From the NCBI GenBank assembly GCA_944376955.1, contig CALWEB010000021.1, positions 1 to 38,025 of the forward strand: a stretch of DNA of 38,025 nt, written 5' to 3'. Numbering within the stretch: the stretch's first letter is position 1; every line of letters begins with the position of its first letter. This document shows, piece by piece, positions 8,825 to 17,838 of the stretch. The notes below the pieces were generated by a model that was not told the DNA's origin, made no database searches, and was given only the letters and a program-made list of their open reading frames with translations. This DNA is from an uncultured Agathobaculum sp. (GTDB lineage Bacteria > Bacillota > Clostridia > Oscillospirales > Butyricicoccaceae). The translations under genes and the position numbers were made by a program.

Positions 8825-10107
8825 AATGTTTCACCCGCCTTTTCCCGGTCCAGCCTGCGGCGCATGGTGCTGGGGGATTCGCCGCAGTATTTTTTGAAAC
8901 AGTAGCTGAAATAGTGCTGGTCGATGTAACCGCACCGCTGGGCAATTTCCTGAATCTTCAACGGAGAGGAGACCAGCAATTCCCGAGCAGCCTCCATCCG
9001 CTTACGGATCAGGATATTGATGAATGTTTCGCCGGTGTATTTCTTAATGCAGGCGGAAAGGTGGTTGGGGCTGACGGTCAGCATCCCGCTGAGCGAGACC
9101 AGCGACAGGTCGGCCTCCATATAATGCTGGTTGAGCGCCTCCAAGGCGCGCTTGCACAGCAGCTCCCCCCCTTTGACGGCCGGCGACAGATCGCTGATAA
9201 ACTGCGCACCGCTTTCGGTTTGATCTCCCTGACGGAGTGCCTCCATTGCCTCGCGATAAGCATCATGGAGTGAAGTTAAATTGCGCGTCATACGGCTGAC
9301 ACCGATGCGGCAGCATTTTCCCAGCACACGGTCGGCCATTTGGGGGATTTCATCAGCAAGGATGTGCAAGTATTTATCAAAGTCGGAAGGGCTGCCCAGC
9401 AAAACCGAGATCACCTTGCCGGACGCAAAGAAATGGGTGCCCCGCAGGTATTTGGTTGCCAACCGGGTCACGGACGCCACAAAGGAAGGCGCGGTGCAAT
9501 TTGCACCGTCGGTTTCCAGCAAGGTGGATACCATAACGATGTAATAAGGCCTGTCGTCCATATCGCGCAGCAGGCCGCATTGCCGGGCGTATGCCTTTGC
9601 CCGCGGTTCGCCATCCGGTTCAGCATAATCATCCAGCACCAGTGGCATCAGCATCGCCGTTTGGAGATCCAGCCCGCCGGGATTTTGGGGGGATGCCTGA
9701 CGGAACATGGCAAACTGGGTGTCGATCTTCTGCCGAATGATTTGCAGTTCCTTGCTCAGCCCCTCCATGGTCAGTGGTTTGAGCATATAGCTGATGATAT
9801 TGTACTGAATTGCCTGTTTGGCGTATTCGAAATCATCATAGCCGCTGAGGAACGCAATGTTGGTGGCGGGGCGGATCTCACGCACCTGCCGGGCAAGCTC
9901 GATGCCCGAGATGAAAGGCATCCGAATATCGGTAAGCAGCAGGTCTGGCTCACACTCCTCTACCATTTGCAGGGCATCCAACCCATTGCTGGCGCTTCCC
10001 ACCAGGCGGAAGCCGTAGTCCTCCCAAGGGATCATATTGCATACTGCTTCTCTTAATTCATCCTCATCGTCTGCGACAATCACGGAATATAATGTTTTCG
10101 CGGTCAT
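8821..10107 (-). CDS. YesN-type response regulator (receiver domain plus AraC HTH)
   Basis: ADDE...DLLLTDIRMP...KP receiver; C-terminal IQEIAQRCGYIDQHYFSYCFKKYCGESP; 4-nt overlap with the kinase gene. Confidence 0.92.
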   Translation of the reverse strand: MTAKTLYSVIVADDEDELREAVCNMIPWEDYGFRLVGSASNGLDALQMVEECEPDLLLTDIRMPFISGIELARQVREIRPATNIAFLSGYDDFEYAKQAIQYNIISYMLKPLTMEGLSKELQIIRQKIDTQFAMFRQASPQNPGGLDLQTAMLMPLVLDDYAEPDGEPRAKAYARQCGLLRDMDDRPYYIVMVSTLLETDGANCTAPSFVASVTRLATKYLRGTHFFASGKVISVLLGSPSDFDKYLHILADEIPQMADRVLGKCCRIGVSRMTRNLTSLHDAYREAMEALRQGDQTESGAQFISDLSPAVKGGELLCKRALEALNQHYMEADLSLVSLSGMLTVSPNHLSACIKKYTGETFINILIRKRMEAARELLVSSPLKIQEIAQRCGYIDQHYFSYCFKKYCGESPSTMRRRLDREKAGETL

Positions 10108-10160
10108 AGCGGCATCTGTCCTTTCCCCGCCTAGGCGGCATTGGGATTCTGATGTGCAAT

Positions 10161-10189
10161 ATTATACCAAATTTCTCCCTATCCCGCAA
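10161..10189 (-). promoter_or_regulatory. Sigma-A promoter of the response regulator/kinase operon
   Basis: Minus strand TTGCGG-17 nt-TATAAT with TGn extension. Confidence 0.65.
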
Positions 10190-10267
10190 AACAAATTCTG
10201 CCACCGATAAATATGAGGAAAGGCGGTTTTGTGTCCATATGATAACAAAAACGGGTGGTGTTTTTGC

Positions 10268-10504
10268 GTGAAAAATACTCGCCACACGGCTAACTGCAGA
10301 TCCTGCCGTCATCCTGCACACACCGCTCGCCTCGCTGACGCGCAAGCCCTGTTGCAACAAATGCAGGAGCAGCGCTTGGATTGGTATTCCCTTTTTACAC
10401 CCTACAATCGAGTAACCGGCAGCCCACCAATATGCTTGTCAAATAACGGAGCAGATTTGGCATATCGGTCATATTACCGCCGCATCTCTGGAATGGGAAA
10501 TTGA
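10268..10504 (+). CDS. Possible small hypothetical protein (78 aa, CxxC)
   Basis: GTG start 7 nt after a GGTGGTG SD-like element; fills an otherwise empty gap; no family recognised. Confidence 0.3.
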   Translation: MKNTRHTANCRSCRHPAHTARLADAQALLQQMQEQRLDWYSLFTPYNRVTGSPPICLSNNGADLAYRSYYRRISGMGN

Positions 10505-10529
10505 CAAGCCCCTCATTTTTTCGTATAAT
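10501..10529 (+). promoter_or_regulatory. Consensus sigma-A promoter of the FadR-type regulator
   Basis: TTGACA-17 nt-TATAAT, a perfect match. Confidence 0.8.
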
Positions 10530-10665
10530 TATTGATATCTATTCGATAGTATACAAAAGGCCCGTTCCGGTTCATGGATCGCGTTTTTTGCATATAAATT
10601 GGCATTTCCGCTTTCTCGATGCGGCATATGCCCGGTCATAGCATCAAATTTCTTCAGGGAGACAC

Positions 10666-11376
10666 ATGTATATGGCAACACGTTCCAACAGAACCGAACA
10701 AATTGTGCAATATTGCAAAGAGAACATCAATTCCGGCAACTGGAAAGTCGGTGAAAAAATCCCTTCCGAAAACCAGTTGACAGAGATTCTGGGTGTCAGC
10801 CGCGCCAGTGTGCGAACCGCTTTGCAGCATTTGATCGGCTTGGGCGTATTGGAAAGCCAACACGGTAAAGGCACCTTCCTGTTGGAAAATCAGGTGGATG
10901 AAAAGACAGAGAGTGAGTACAAGGTTACCTCGGAGGACTGCAAAGACATCCTCAAAGTGCTGGAATTCCGCCGGATCGTCGAAAGCGAGGCTTGCCGTCT
11001 TGCCACCCAAAAGGCAACCCCCGAGTTGATTGAACAGTTGCAAAATTATCTGGATATCATGGCGGCAAATAAACGTCCGGAAGAGCAGGACACCTTTGTG
11101 ACCGCCGATATGGAATTTCACGAAGCGATCTGTGCCGCCACCCAAAACCCCATTTTGGAAAAAAGCGTCACCAAGGTTTTTGATGAAACACGCAAAAACC
11201 ATTCTCAGCTGCGTTCCCTTTTCGGTTACCGAGACGGTATCTATTATCACACCCTGATTCTCAGCGCCATCCGTTCCGGCGATGCCGACAGCGCCCACGA
11301 CCTGATGTTTGAACATATGCAAAACGCTATCGACAAGCTCAACAGCCGGACCGAATCCGAGTCTAAAACCCAATAA
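10666..11376 (+). CDS. GntR family, FadR subfamily transcriptional regulator
   Basis: wHTH KIPSENQLTEILGVSRASVRTAL...HGKGTF; FCD domain DMEFHEAI...HMQNA. Start could be 10672. Confidence 0.92.
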   Translation: MYMATRSNRTEQIVQYCKENINSGNWKVGEKIPSENQLTEILGVSRASVRTALQHLIGLGVLESQHGKGTFLLENQVDEKTESEYKVTSEDCKDILKVLEFRRIVESEACRLATQKATPELIEQLQNYLDIMAANKRPEEQDTFVTADMEFHEAICAATQNPILEKSVTKVFDETRKNHSQLRSLFGYRDGIYYHTLILSAIRSGDADSAHDLMFEHMQNAIDKLNSRTESESKTQ

Positions 11377-11386
11377 CGCTCATGGA

Positions 11387-11442
11387 ATACCATACGTTTG
11401 CAATCGCGCATACCCATTTTCTTTGCAGCGTATGGCATTTTT
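11387..11442 (+). terminator. Probable intrinsic terminator of the regulator gene
   Basis: Imperfect hairpin CCATACG-TTTGCAA...TTGCA-GCGTATGG followed by a T run. Confidence 0.45.
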
Positions 11443-11531
11443 ATTGTGCATCATTCACAATACCCACCCCAAATGTGTTGTGTAAAACGCGGGAATTGTA
11501 TTTTGGAGGGATTTATTTTGTTTTTTTCGTG

Positions 11532-11559
11532 TTGACAAATGATCGCTGCATTGTATAAT
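11532..11559 (+). promoter_or_regulatory. Sigma-A promoter of the sugar-acid operon
   Basis: TTGACA-16 nt-TATAAT. Confidence 0.8.
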
Positions 11560-11569
11560 TGGAGCATAA

Positions 11570-11582
11570 CTTGTCAGACAAG
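11570..11582. promoter_or_regulatory. FadR-type operator 1
   Basis: Palindrome CTTGTC-A-GACAAG just downstream of the -10; fits the FadR TnGT-N3-ACnA pattern. Confidence 0.7.
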
Positions 11583-11623
11583 AAAAACCAATTTCCCTTA
11601 ATTTATCCACAAATACGCCTTAT

Positions 11624-11636
11624 CTTGTCAGACAAT
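11624..11636. promoter_or_regulatory. FadR-type operator 2
   Basis: CTTGTCAGACAAT, 12 of 13 identical to operator 1 and 54 nt downstream. Confidence 0.7.
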
Positions 11637-11667
11637 TAAAGGGTGAGGTGTGAACAAGGAGGCAATT

Positions 11668-12915
11668 ATGGCAGTAAAAATCAAAAAGGTCAGAGTAATC
11701 TGTACGGCGCCGGAAGGCATCAACCTGGTGGTGGTCAAAGTGGAAACCAACCAGCCCGGGCTGTACGGTTTGGGCTGCGCGACCTTCGCATACCGCCACC
11801 TTGCGGTGAAAACGGTGGTGGAAGAGTATCTCGATCCCCTGCTGCGCGACCGTGATGCGGAAAACATTGAAGAATTGTGGCAGCTGATGCACCAAAACGC
11901 CTATTGGCGCAATGGTCCGATCAGCAACAATGCCATTTCGGGTGTTGATATGGCCCTTTGGGATATCAAAGGCAAGCTGGCAGGTATGCCGCTGTATCAG
12001 CTGTTCGGCGGCAAATGCCGCGAAGGCATCCCGGTTTACCGCCATGCGGACGGACGCGATCTGGAAGAGTTGTGTGACAACATCCTCCGCTTCAAAGAAA
12101 TGGGGCTGCAAACCATCCGCTGCCAGTGCGGCGGCTACGGCGGCGACGCGTACGGCATGACGCCTTCCACTGCACCGGAAAACGCGCCCAAGGGCATTTA
12201 TCTGGACTCCCGTCAGTACATCCGCGATACCGTCAAGCTGTTTGAGGGCATCCGCGCCAAGATCGGCTATGATATGAATCTGGTACACGATGTGCATGAG
12301 CGCATTGCTCCGGTGGAAGCCATCCGTCTGGCGCGCGAACTCGAGCCGTACGACCTGTTCTTCCTGGAAGATCCGGTTTCCATTGAGCAGACCGCTTGGC
12401 TGCGCGAACTGCGCCGCCAGACCACCATCCCGATCGCGGAAGGCGAACTGTTCAACAACCCGGCCGAATGGAAAACCCTGATCACAGAGCACCTGATCGA
12501 CTTTATCCGTGTCCACATCAGCCAGATCGGCGGCATCACGCCCGCCCGCAAGCTGCAGATCTTCGCAGAGCAATTCGGCGTGCGCACTGCATGGCACGGT
12601 CCCGGCGACATGTCCCCGCTGGCCCACGCCGCCAACATCCACATCGATCTGGCCGCACAGAACTTCGGCGTGCAGGAGTGGAGCGGCATCGAACCGCCCA
12701 ACTTCGTCATTCAGGAACTCAAGGGGCCGCACGGCGCACTCCTCGAAGTATTCCCCGGCCTGCCCGAATACCGCAACGGCTATGTTTACGCCAACGACAA
12801 GCCCGGCCTCGGCGTCGATCTGGATGAAACCGAAGCGGCAAAATATCCCTGTGAGAACACCGTCACGCTCTGGACACAGACCCGCAAACGCGACGGTTCG
12901 CTCCAGACACCGTAA
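11668..12915 (+). CDS. Enolase-superfamily sugar-acid dehydratase (ManD/RspA subgroup)
   Basis: ATG 11668 after AAGGAGG. Motifs AYWRNGP, DMALWDIKGK, HDVHER, FFLEDP, EGE, WHGPGD, FGVQEW, PGLGVD. Confidence 0.88.
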   Translation: MAVKIKKVRVICTAPEGINLVVVKVETNQPGLYGLGCATFAYRHLAVKTVVEEYLDPLLRDRDAENIEELWQLMHQNAYWRNGPISNNAISGVDMALWDIKGKLAGMPLYQLFGGKCREGIPVYRHADGRDLEELCDNILRFKEMGLQTIRCQCGGYGGDAYGMTPSTAPENAPKGIYLDSRQYIRDTVKLFEGIRAKIGYDMNLVHDVHERIAPVEAIRLARELEPYDLFFLEDPVSIEQTAWLRELRRQTTIPIAEGELFNNPAEWKTLITEHLIDFIRVHISQIGGITPARKLQIFAEQFGVRTAWHGPGDMSPLAHAANIHIDLAAQNFGVQEWSGIEPPNFVIQELKGPHGALLEVFPGLPEYRNGYVYANDKPGLGVDLDETEAAKYPCENTVTLWTQTRKRDGSLQTP

Positions 12916-12932
12916 CAGGAAGGGAGACTGCT

Positions 12933-13961
12933 ATGAGAATGAAAGGAATTGCTGCGGCGGCCACCTGTATTGCACTGGTGTGCGCTGCCGGCAGCATCTG
13001 GTACGATTCCCGGCCGATGACCAATCAGGACGGTACGATCACACTGCGCATGGCACAAACGTCTTCCGAAACCGGCGCGATCGGCCAGGAAATGAACCGC
13101 TTTGCGGAACTGATCCAGGAACGGACCGACGGCAAATATGAAATTGAGGTTTATCACAACGGCCAGCTTGGCGCCGAAATCGACACGATCGAGGGCTGCC
13201 AGATGGGCACGATTGATATTACGGTGGTCAACCAGTCCACACTCGGCAACTTCCTGCCGGAGTTTCAGGCGCTGGATATCCCTTATCTGATCACCTCCAA
13301 CGAACAGGCCGACCGGGTGTTCCTCGGGGAAATCGGTGATGAATTCCTCGACAAGCTTTCCAGCGTGCAGCTGTATGGCTTGGGTATCTGGGAATCCGGT
13401 TTCCGCAACCTGACCAACAGCAAGGTGGACGTGGAGTCGGTAGAAGATGTGCAGGGCCTCAAAATCCGCACGATGGAAAACCTGATCCACATTGATTTCT
13501 GGCGCGCGATGGGCGCAGACGCAACCCCGATGGCATGGAGCGAAGCCTACACCGCCATGCAGCAAGGTGCGCTGGACGGGCAGGAAAACCCCTCTACCGT
13601 TATCCTGACGAACAATGTGGCACAGATCAACGACCGTCTTGCCATCACGGAGCACGCCTACTCGACCGTATTCCTGATTATGAGCCCGGCAACCTGGGCC
13701 AGCCTGGATGCAGAAACCCAGCAGATCTTCCTGGACACCATGAAAGAATGCAGCATCGAAGAACGTGCAATCAACCGTCAGATGGATGCCGAAGCCGTTG
13801 CCCAGCTGCAGGAGCAGGGCATGACCGTTACCTATCCGGACAAGCAGGGCTTCATTGATGCCGCTGCCGACCTCTACGCCGAATGGGAACAAGAGTATGG
13901 CGATATCATTGCGCGCATCAACGCGCTGGCAGATGAGGGGGATGAAGATGAAAGCGTTTAA
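12933..13961 (+). CDS. dctP: TRAP transporter substrate-binding protein
   Basis: N-terminal hydrophobic anchor, NGQLG, GFRNLT, GLKIRTM (conserved Arg), QQGALDGQENP. Confidence 0.9.
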   Translation: MRMKGIAAAATCIALVCAAGSIWYDSRPMTNQDGTITLRMAQTSSETGAIGQEMNRFAELIQERTDGKYEIEVYHNGQLGAEIDTIEGCQMGTIDITVVNQSTLGNFLPEFQALDIPYLITSNEQADRVFLGEIGDEFLDKLSSVQLYGLGIWESGFRNLTNSKVDVESVEDVQGLKIRTMENLIHIDFWRAMGADATPMAWSEAYTAMQQGALDGQENPSTVILTNNVAQINDRLAITEHAYSTVFLIMSPATWASLDAETQQIFLDTMKECSIEERAINRQMDAEAVAQLQEQGMTVTYPDKQGFIDAAADLYAEWEQEYGDIIARINALADEGDEDESV

Positions 13962-14439
13962 AACAATCTTCCACAAGGTGCAGTCGGTATTTGACAATAT
14001 CGTCAGCCTTTGCCTGATCGCCATGATCGCCGTTGTGTTCATCCAGACGTTCTGCCGCTTCGTTATTTTTTACAGCCTGCCCTGGTCGGAAGAACTCTCC
14101 CGCTATCTGTTTGTCGCGGTGATCGTTCTGGGTGCCAACCTGGCCATCACCCGCAAGCTGTTTGTGCGCATTGAGATCATCGACAACTATCTCAAGGGCA
14201 ACGCGGCAACCGCCATGCTGGTCATCCGCAAGCTGATTGCGATTTTTGTCAACACCGTGTTTACTTACGGCAGCTACCGACTCATCCTGATCGGCAGCTA
14301 TCAGACCAGCCCTGCTATGGGCTTGCCGATGGGCGCACTCTACGCGCTGATCCTCATCGGTTACCTGATGAATGTGCTGGCCTGCATCATCGACCTTTAC
14401 AATTTCTGTACCAACGCGGACGAAGAGGAGGCGAAATAA
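13948..14439 (+). CDS. dctQ: TRAP transporter small permease
   Basis: ATG 13948 after GAGGGG; four TM segments; PWSEELSRYL and SPAMGLPM. Confidence 0.88.
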   Translation: MKAFKTIFHKVQSVFDNIVSLCLIAMIAVVFIQTFCRFVIFYSLPWSEELSRYLFVAVIVLGANLAITRKLFVRIEIIDNYLKGNAATAMLVIRKLIAIFVNTVFTYGSYRLILIGSYQTSPAMGLPMGALYALILIGYLMNVLACIIDLYNFCTNADEEEAK

Positions 14440-14442
14440 TTT

Positions 14443-15726
14443 ATGGAAGCAGCAGCTGTTGCTCTGGTAGTTGTCCTGATCGTTGCCATGGCCTGCGGCA
14501 TGGAGATCAGCTGGTCCCTCGGCCTTGCCTGTACGGTAGCGGTATTACTGGACCCCAAGCTCACGTTTGTCGTACTCGCACAGCGTATTTTTGCAAACTC
14601 CAACAGCTTTTCCATGCTGGCGATCCCGGCCTTTATGCTGGCCGGCGATATCATGTCCAAGGGCGGCCTTTCCAAACGGCTTGTTGCCTTTGCCGACTCC
14701 TTGGTTGGCTGGATTTCCGGCGGTATCTCGCTGGTTTCCATCGTGGCCTGTACGTTTTTCGCCGCGATTTCCGGTTCTTCTGTTGCCACCACCGCGGCCA
14801 TCGGCGGCCTGATGTACCCTGAAATGGTCAAGCGCGGCTATCCCGAGGATTATTCGGCAGCCGTTCAGGCAATCGGCGGCACACTGGGCATCGTTATCCC
14901 GCCCAGCATTGTCATGGTAATTTACGGCAACATCACCGGCGTCGCGGTTGGCGAACTGCTGATGGCCGGTATGATTCCCGGCATCCTGTGCTGTGTTTTC
15001 CTTTGCACCTATGCCTTTGTCAAGGCAAAGCGCAGCCACTTCCCCAAGGCAGATCATTTTTCCTTCAAACGCTTCCTGACCTCGTTTAAGGATGCCGTTT
15101 GGGCGCTGATCATGCCGATTATCATCTTGGGCGGCATCTATGCCGGCATCTTCACCCCGACCGAATCCGCCGTTGTCGCGGTGGTATACGGCATCATCGT
15201 ATGCCTTGCGATCTACCGTGAAATCACGCTCAAAAGCGTGTGGTCGATCATCAAAAGCACAGCCGTCGGTACCTCCAACCTGATGATTCTGGTGGTAACC
15301 GCGCAAATGTTCGGCTGGCTGATCTCCTATTACCAGATCCCGCAGTTCGTCACCGAAATCATGGTATCCCACGTTTCCAATACGGCGATGTTCTGGGCGA
15401 TCGTCATCGTACTGCTCTGCATCTGCGGCATATTCCTCGAAGTCGGTGCCACCAACCTCATTCTTGCACCCATCCTCGCGCCGATCGCCGTGGCCTTCGG
15501 TATCGACCCCATCCAGTTCGGTCTGGTCTTTGTCTTCCTGCTGGCCATGGGGCAGGCAACGCCGCCGTTCGGCACCTGCCTGTTTGTTTCCTGCGGCCTG
15601 AGCGGACGCACGGTCGGCGGTATCTCCAAACAGATCCTGCCCTTTGTCCTTGTGGAGATCGGCTGCGGCATCCTGTTTGCCATGATCCCCGCATTGTCCA
15701 CGTTCTTACCCAGTCTGATTGCCTGA
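14443..15726 (+). CDS. dctM: TRAP transporter large permease
   Basis: AISGSSVA, GIVIPPSI, GIFTPTES, TPPFG. Confidence 0.92.
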   Translation: MEAAAVALVVVLIVAMACGMEISWSLGLACTVAVLLDPKLTFVVLAQRIFANSNSFSMLAIPAFMLAGDIMSKGGLSKRLVAFADSLVGWISGGISLVSIVACTFFAAISGSSVATTAAIGGLMYPEMVKRGYPEDYSAAVQAIGGTLGIVIPPSIVMVIYGNITGVAVGELLMAGMIPGILCCVFLCTYAFVKAKRSHFPKADHFSFKRFLTSFKDAVWALIMPIIILGGIYAGIFTPTESAVVAVVYGIIVCLAIYREITLKSVWSIIKSTAVGTSNLMILVVTAQMFGWLISYYQIPQFVTEIMVSHVSNTAMFWAIVIVLLCICGIFLEVGATNLILAPILAPIAVAFGIDPIQFGLVFVFLLAMGQATPPFGTCLFVSCGLSGRTVGGISKQILPFVLVEIGCGILFAMIPALSTFLPSLIA

Positions 15727-15776
15727 TGCAGCCCCAACCGGCTGCCCCGGCACCGTCATAAAAGGAGAAATGTTTT

Positions 15777-16820
15777 ATGAAAGAAACCATGCGCTGTGTC
15801 GTCATCCCGGAACCACACAAGTTTGAAATCCGGGAAGTACCCGTCCCCGAACTGCAAAACGAGGACGAAGTCCTCATCCAGATGAAGTCCGCCGGCGTCT
15901 GCGGCAGTGACCATCACATCTATCACGGCCTCAACCCGTGCTCGACCTATCCGCGCATCCCCGGCCACGAAAACGCGGGCGTGATCGCCAAAGTCGGCGC
16001 AAATGTCAAAAACGTCAAGGTTGGCGATCATGTCATCGTTGACCTGATCCACACCTGCGGCACCTGCTATCAATGCAAAATCGGCCGCAAAAACGTCTGT
16101 GAGCATGTCTCTGTGCGCGGCTCTGGCGCAGACGGCGGCTGGCGCGAATACTTCACCGCACCAGCATCCGAAGTGTATAAGATCGACGACAGCGTAGACT
16201 GGAAGGATGCAGCATTGGTCGAGCCGTACGCAATCGGCGCGCACTGCACTGCCCGTGCCCGCATTGTCCCGGACGACGTGGTGTTCATTCTGGGCACCGG
16301 CACGATCGGTTCGATCATTTTGCAGACCTGCAAAGCCAAGGGCTGCAAAACCGTTATCTGCTGCGACATTGACGACGCCTCGCTGGAACGCGCCAAGGAA
16401 TACGGCGCCGACTACGTCATCAACTCCAAGACCGAAGACGTGCTGCTGCGCGTTTCCGAGATCACCGGAGGCCACGGCGTCACCGTCGCCTTTGACTCCG
16501 CCTGCTTCCCCGGTTCGCTGACCATGTGTATGCAGCCCGGCATCCTGTGCAACGCCGGCCGCATGGTCCCGATGGGCTTCTCCACCGCCAAGGAGGAGAT
16601 CACGCAGGCCATGATCAACCAGCGCGAGCTAGACGTCATTGGCTCTCGCATGTCCTGCTATCAGTTCGAGCCCACCATTGAACGCATGGAAAAGAAGGAA
16701 TTCAACACCAAGGGCATCGCCACCATGTTTGTCCCGTTCAGCCAGATTGAAAAGGTGTTTTACTACATGGATCATCCCTGCGCGGAGTCCAAGAAAATGG
16801 TCATTCTGTTTGACGAATAA
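15777..16820 (+). CDS. Zn-dependent (MDR) dehydrogenase, RspB / L-idonate- or L-gulonate-5-dehydrogenase-like
   Basis: CGSD, GHE, structural Zn motif CGTCYQC-x7-C, GTGTIG. Confidence 0.88.
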   Translation: MKETMRCVVIPEPHKFEIREVPVPELQNEDEVLIQMKSAGVCGSDHHIYHGLNPCSTYPRIPGHENAGVIAKVGANVKNVKVGDHVIVDLIHTCGTCYQCKIGRKNVCEHVSVRGSGADGGWREYFTAPASEVYKIDDSVDWKDAALVEPYAIGAHCTARARIVPDDVVFILGTGTIGSIILQTCKAKGCKTVICCDIDDASLERAKEYGADYVINSKTEDVLLRVSEITGGHGVTVAFDSACFPGSLTMCMQPGILCNAGRMVPMGFSTAKEEITQAMINQRELDVIGSRMSCYQFEPTIERMEKKEFNTKGIATMFVPFSQIEKVFYYMDHPCAESKKMVILFDE

Positions 16821-16863
16821 ATCCCACAACCATCACTGATACTATCAAAGGAGCGTTTTTAAA

Positions 16864-17637
16864 ATGGCATACGATTACAAAACAATGTTCAATGTTTCCG
16901 GCAAGCACGCGATCGTAACCGGCGGCGCACAGGGACTTTCCCGCGGCATGGCGGAAGGCCTGCTGGAAAACGGCTGCAAGGTTGTCCTGATCGACATCCA
17001 GAAGGAAAAGCTGGAAGCGGTTTGCGAAGAATACCGCAAAATGGGTTATGAAGCGTACGGCGTATGCGGAAATCTGGCCGACCGCGCGCAGATTGACACC
17101 ATCTTTGACCAGGCCATGGAAATTCTGGACGGAAAGCTTGACATCCTCATCCCGGCAGCCGGCGTGCAGCGCCGCCACCTCCCCGAAGAATTCCCGGTGG
17201 AAGAGTGGGATCTGGTGCTGAACATCAACCTCAATGCCGTATTCCTGATGATCCAGAAGGCGCTGCGCATCATGCTCAAGCAGCCGACCGGCGGCAAGAT
17301 CATCACCATCGGCTCGATGGTCACCTGGTTCGGCGGCACGACGGTTCCGGCCTACACCGCTTCCAAGGGTGCGGTATCGCAGCTGACCAAGAGCCTTGCC
17401 GTAGACTGCGCGGGCCGCAATATCAACATCAACTGCATCTGCCCGGGCTACATGGACACCGAAATGTGCGCCAACATGACGCAGGCACGCAAGGATGAAT
17501 GCACGGTCCGCATCCCCGCAGGCCGCTGGGGCACCCCGGACGATCTGAAGGGTCCGGTGCTGTTCCTCGCCTCTTCTGCTTCGGATTACCTCAACGGCGC
17601 CACCATCCCCGTGGACGGCGGCTACCTTGTAAAATAA
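16864..17637 (+). CDS. SDR oxidoreductase, KduD / gluconate 5-dehydrogenase-like
   Basis: YTASK catalytic motif, PGYM, RIPAGRWG.P.DL.GP..FLASSASDY.NG....VDGG. Confidence 0.85.
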   Translation: MAYDYKTMFNVSGKHAIVTGGAQGLSRGMAEGLLENGCKVVLIDIQKEKLEAVCEEYRKMGYEAYGVCGNLADRAQIDTIFDQAMEILDGKLDILIPAAGVQRRHLPEEFPVEEWDLVLNINLNAVFLMIQKALRIMLKQPTGGKIITIGSMVTWFGGTTVPAYTASKGAVSQLTKSLAVDCAGRNININCICPGYMDTEMCANMTQARKDECTVRIPAGRWGTPDDLKGPVLFLASSASDYLNGATIPVDGGYLVK

Positions 17638-17665
17638 AGCAAAGCTTCCTTTTCTCTTTCTCATT

Positions 17666-17713
17666 ACAGCACCCCCTGCGCAGCTTACCCATCCTGCGCA
17701 GGGGGTGCTGTTT
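17666..17713 (+). terminator. Intrinsic terminator of the sugar-acid operon
   Basis: Perfect 18-bp arms ACAGCACCCCCTGCGCAG / CTGCGCAGGGGGTGCTGT with a short T tail. Confidence 0.75.
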
Positions 17714-17810
17714 GCCTGTATACCCCCAGTGTCACGCCAATCCTGCTATGCACTCCCCTTGTCATCGTTCTGAAAACCACATAATGTTCATTTCCTCCCA
17801 CAAATGCACT

Positions 17811-17838
17811 TTTACTTTTCGCCACTTTCTGGTATAAT
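17811..17838 (+). promoter_or_regulatory. Promoter of the fabF-ligase unit
   Basis: Extended -10 TGgTATAAT (17830-17838); TTTACT 16 nt upstream of the hexamer. Confidence 0.6.

Noticed and set aside
1264-10056. Long plus-strand ORFs (465, 379, 297, 364, 238 aa)
   Set aside because: Antisense shadows of the mgl and two-component genes, expected with GC-rich codon bias; no recognisable motifs.
10654-17664. Long minus-strand ORFs opposite the regulator and sugar-acid operon
   Set aside because: Antisense shadows of well-supported plus-strand genes.
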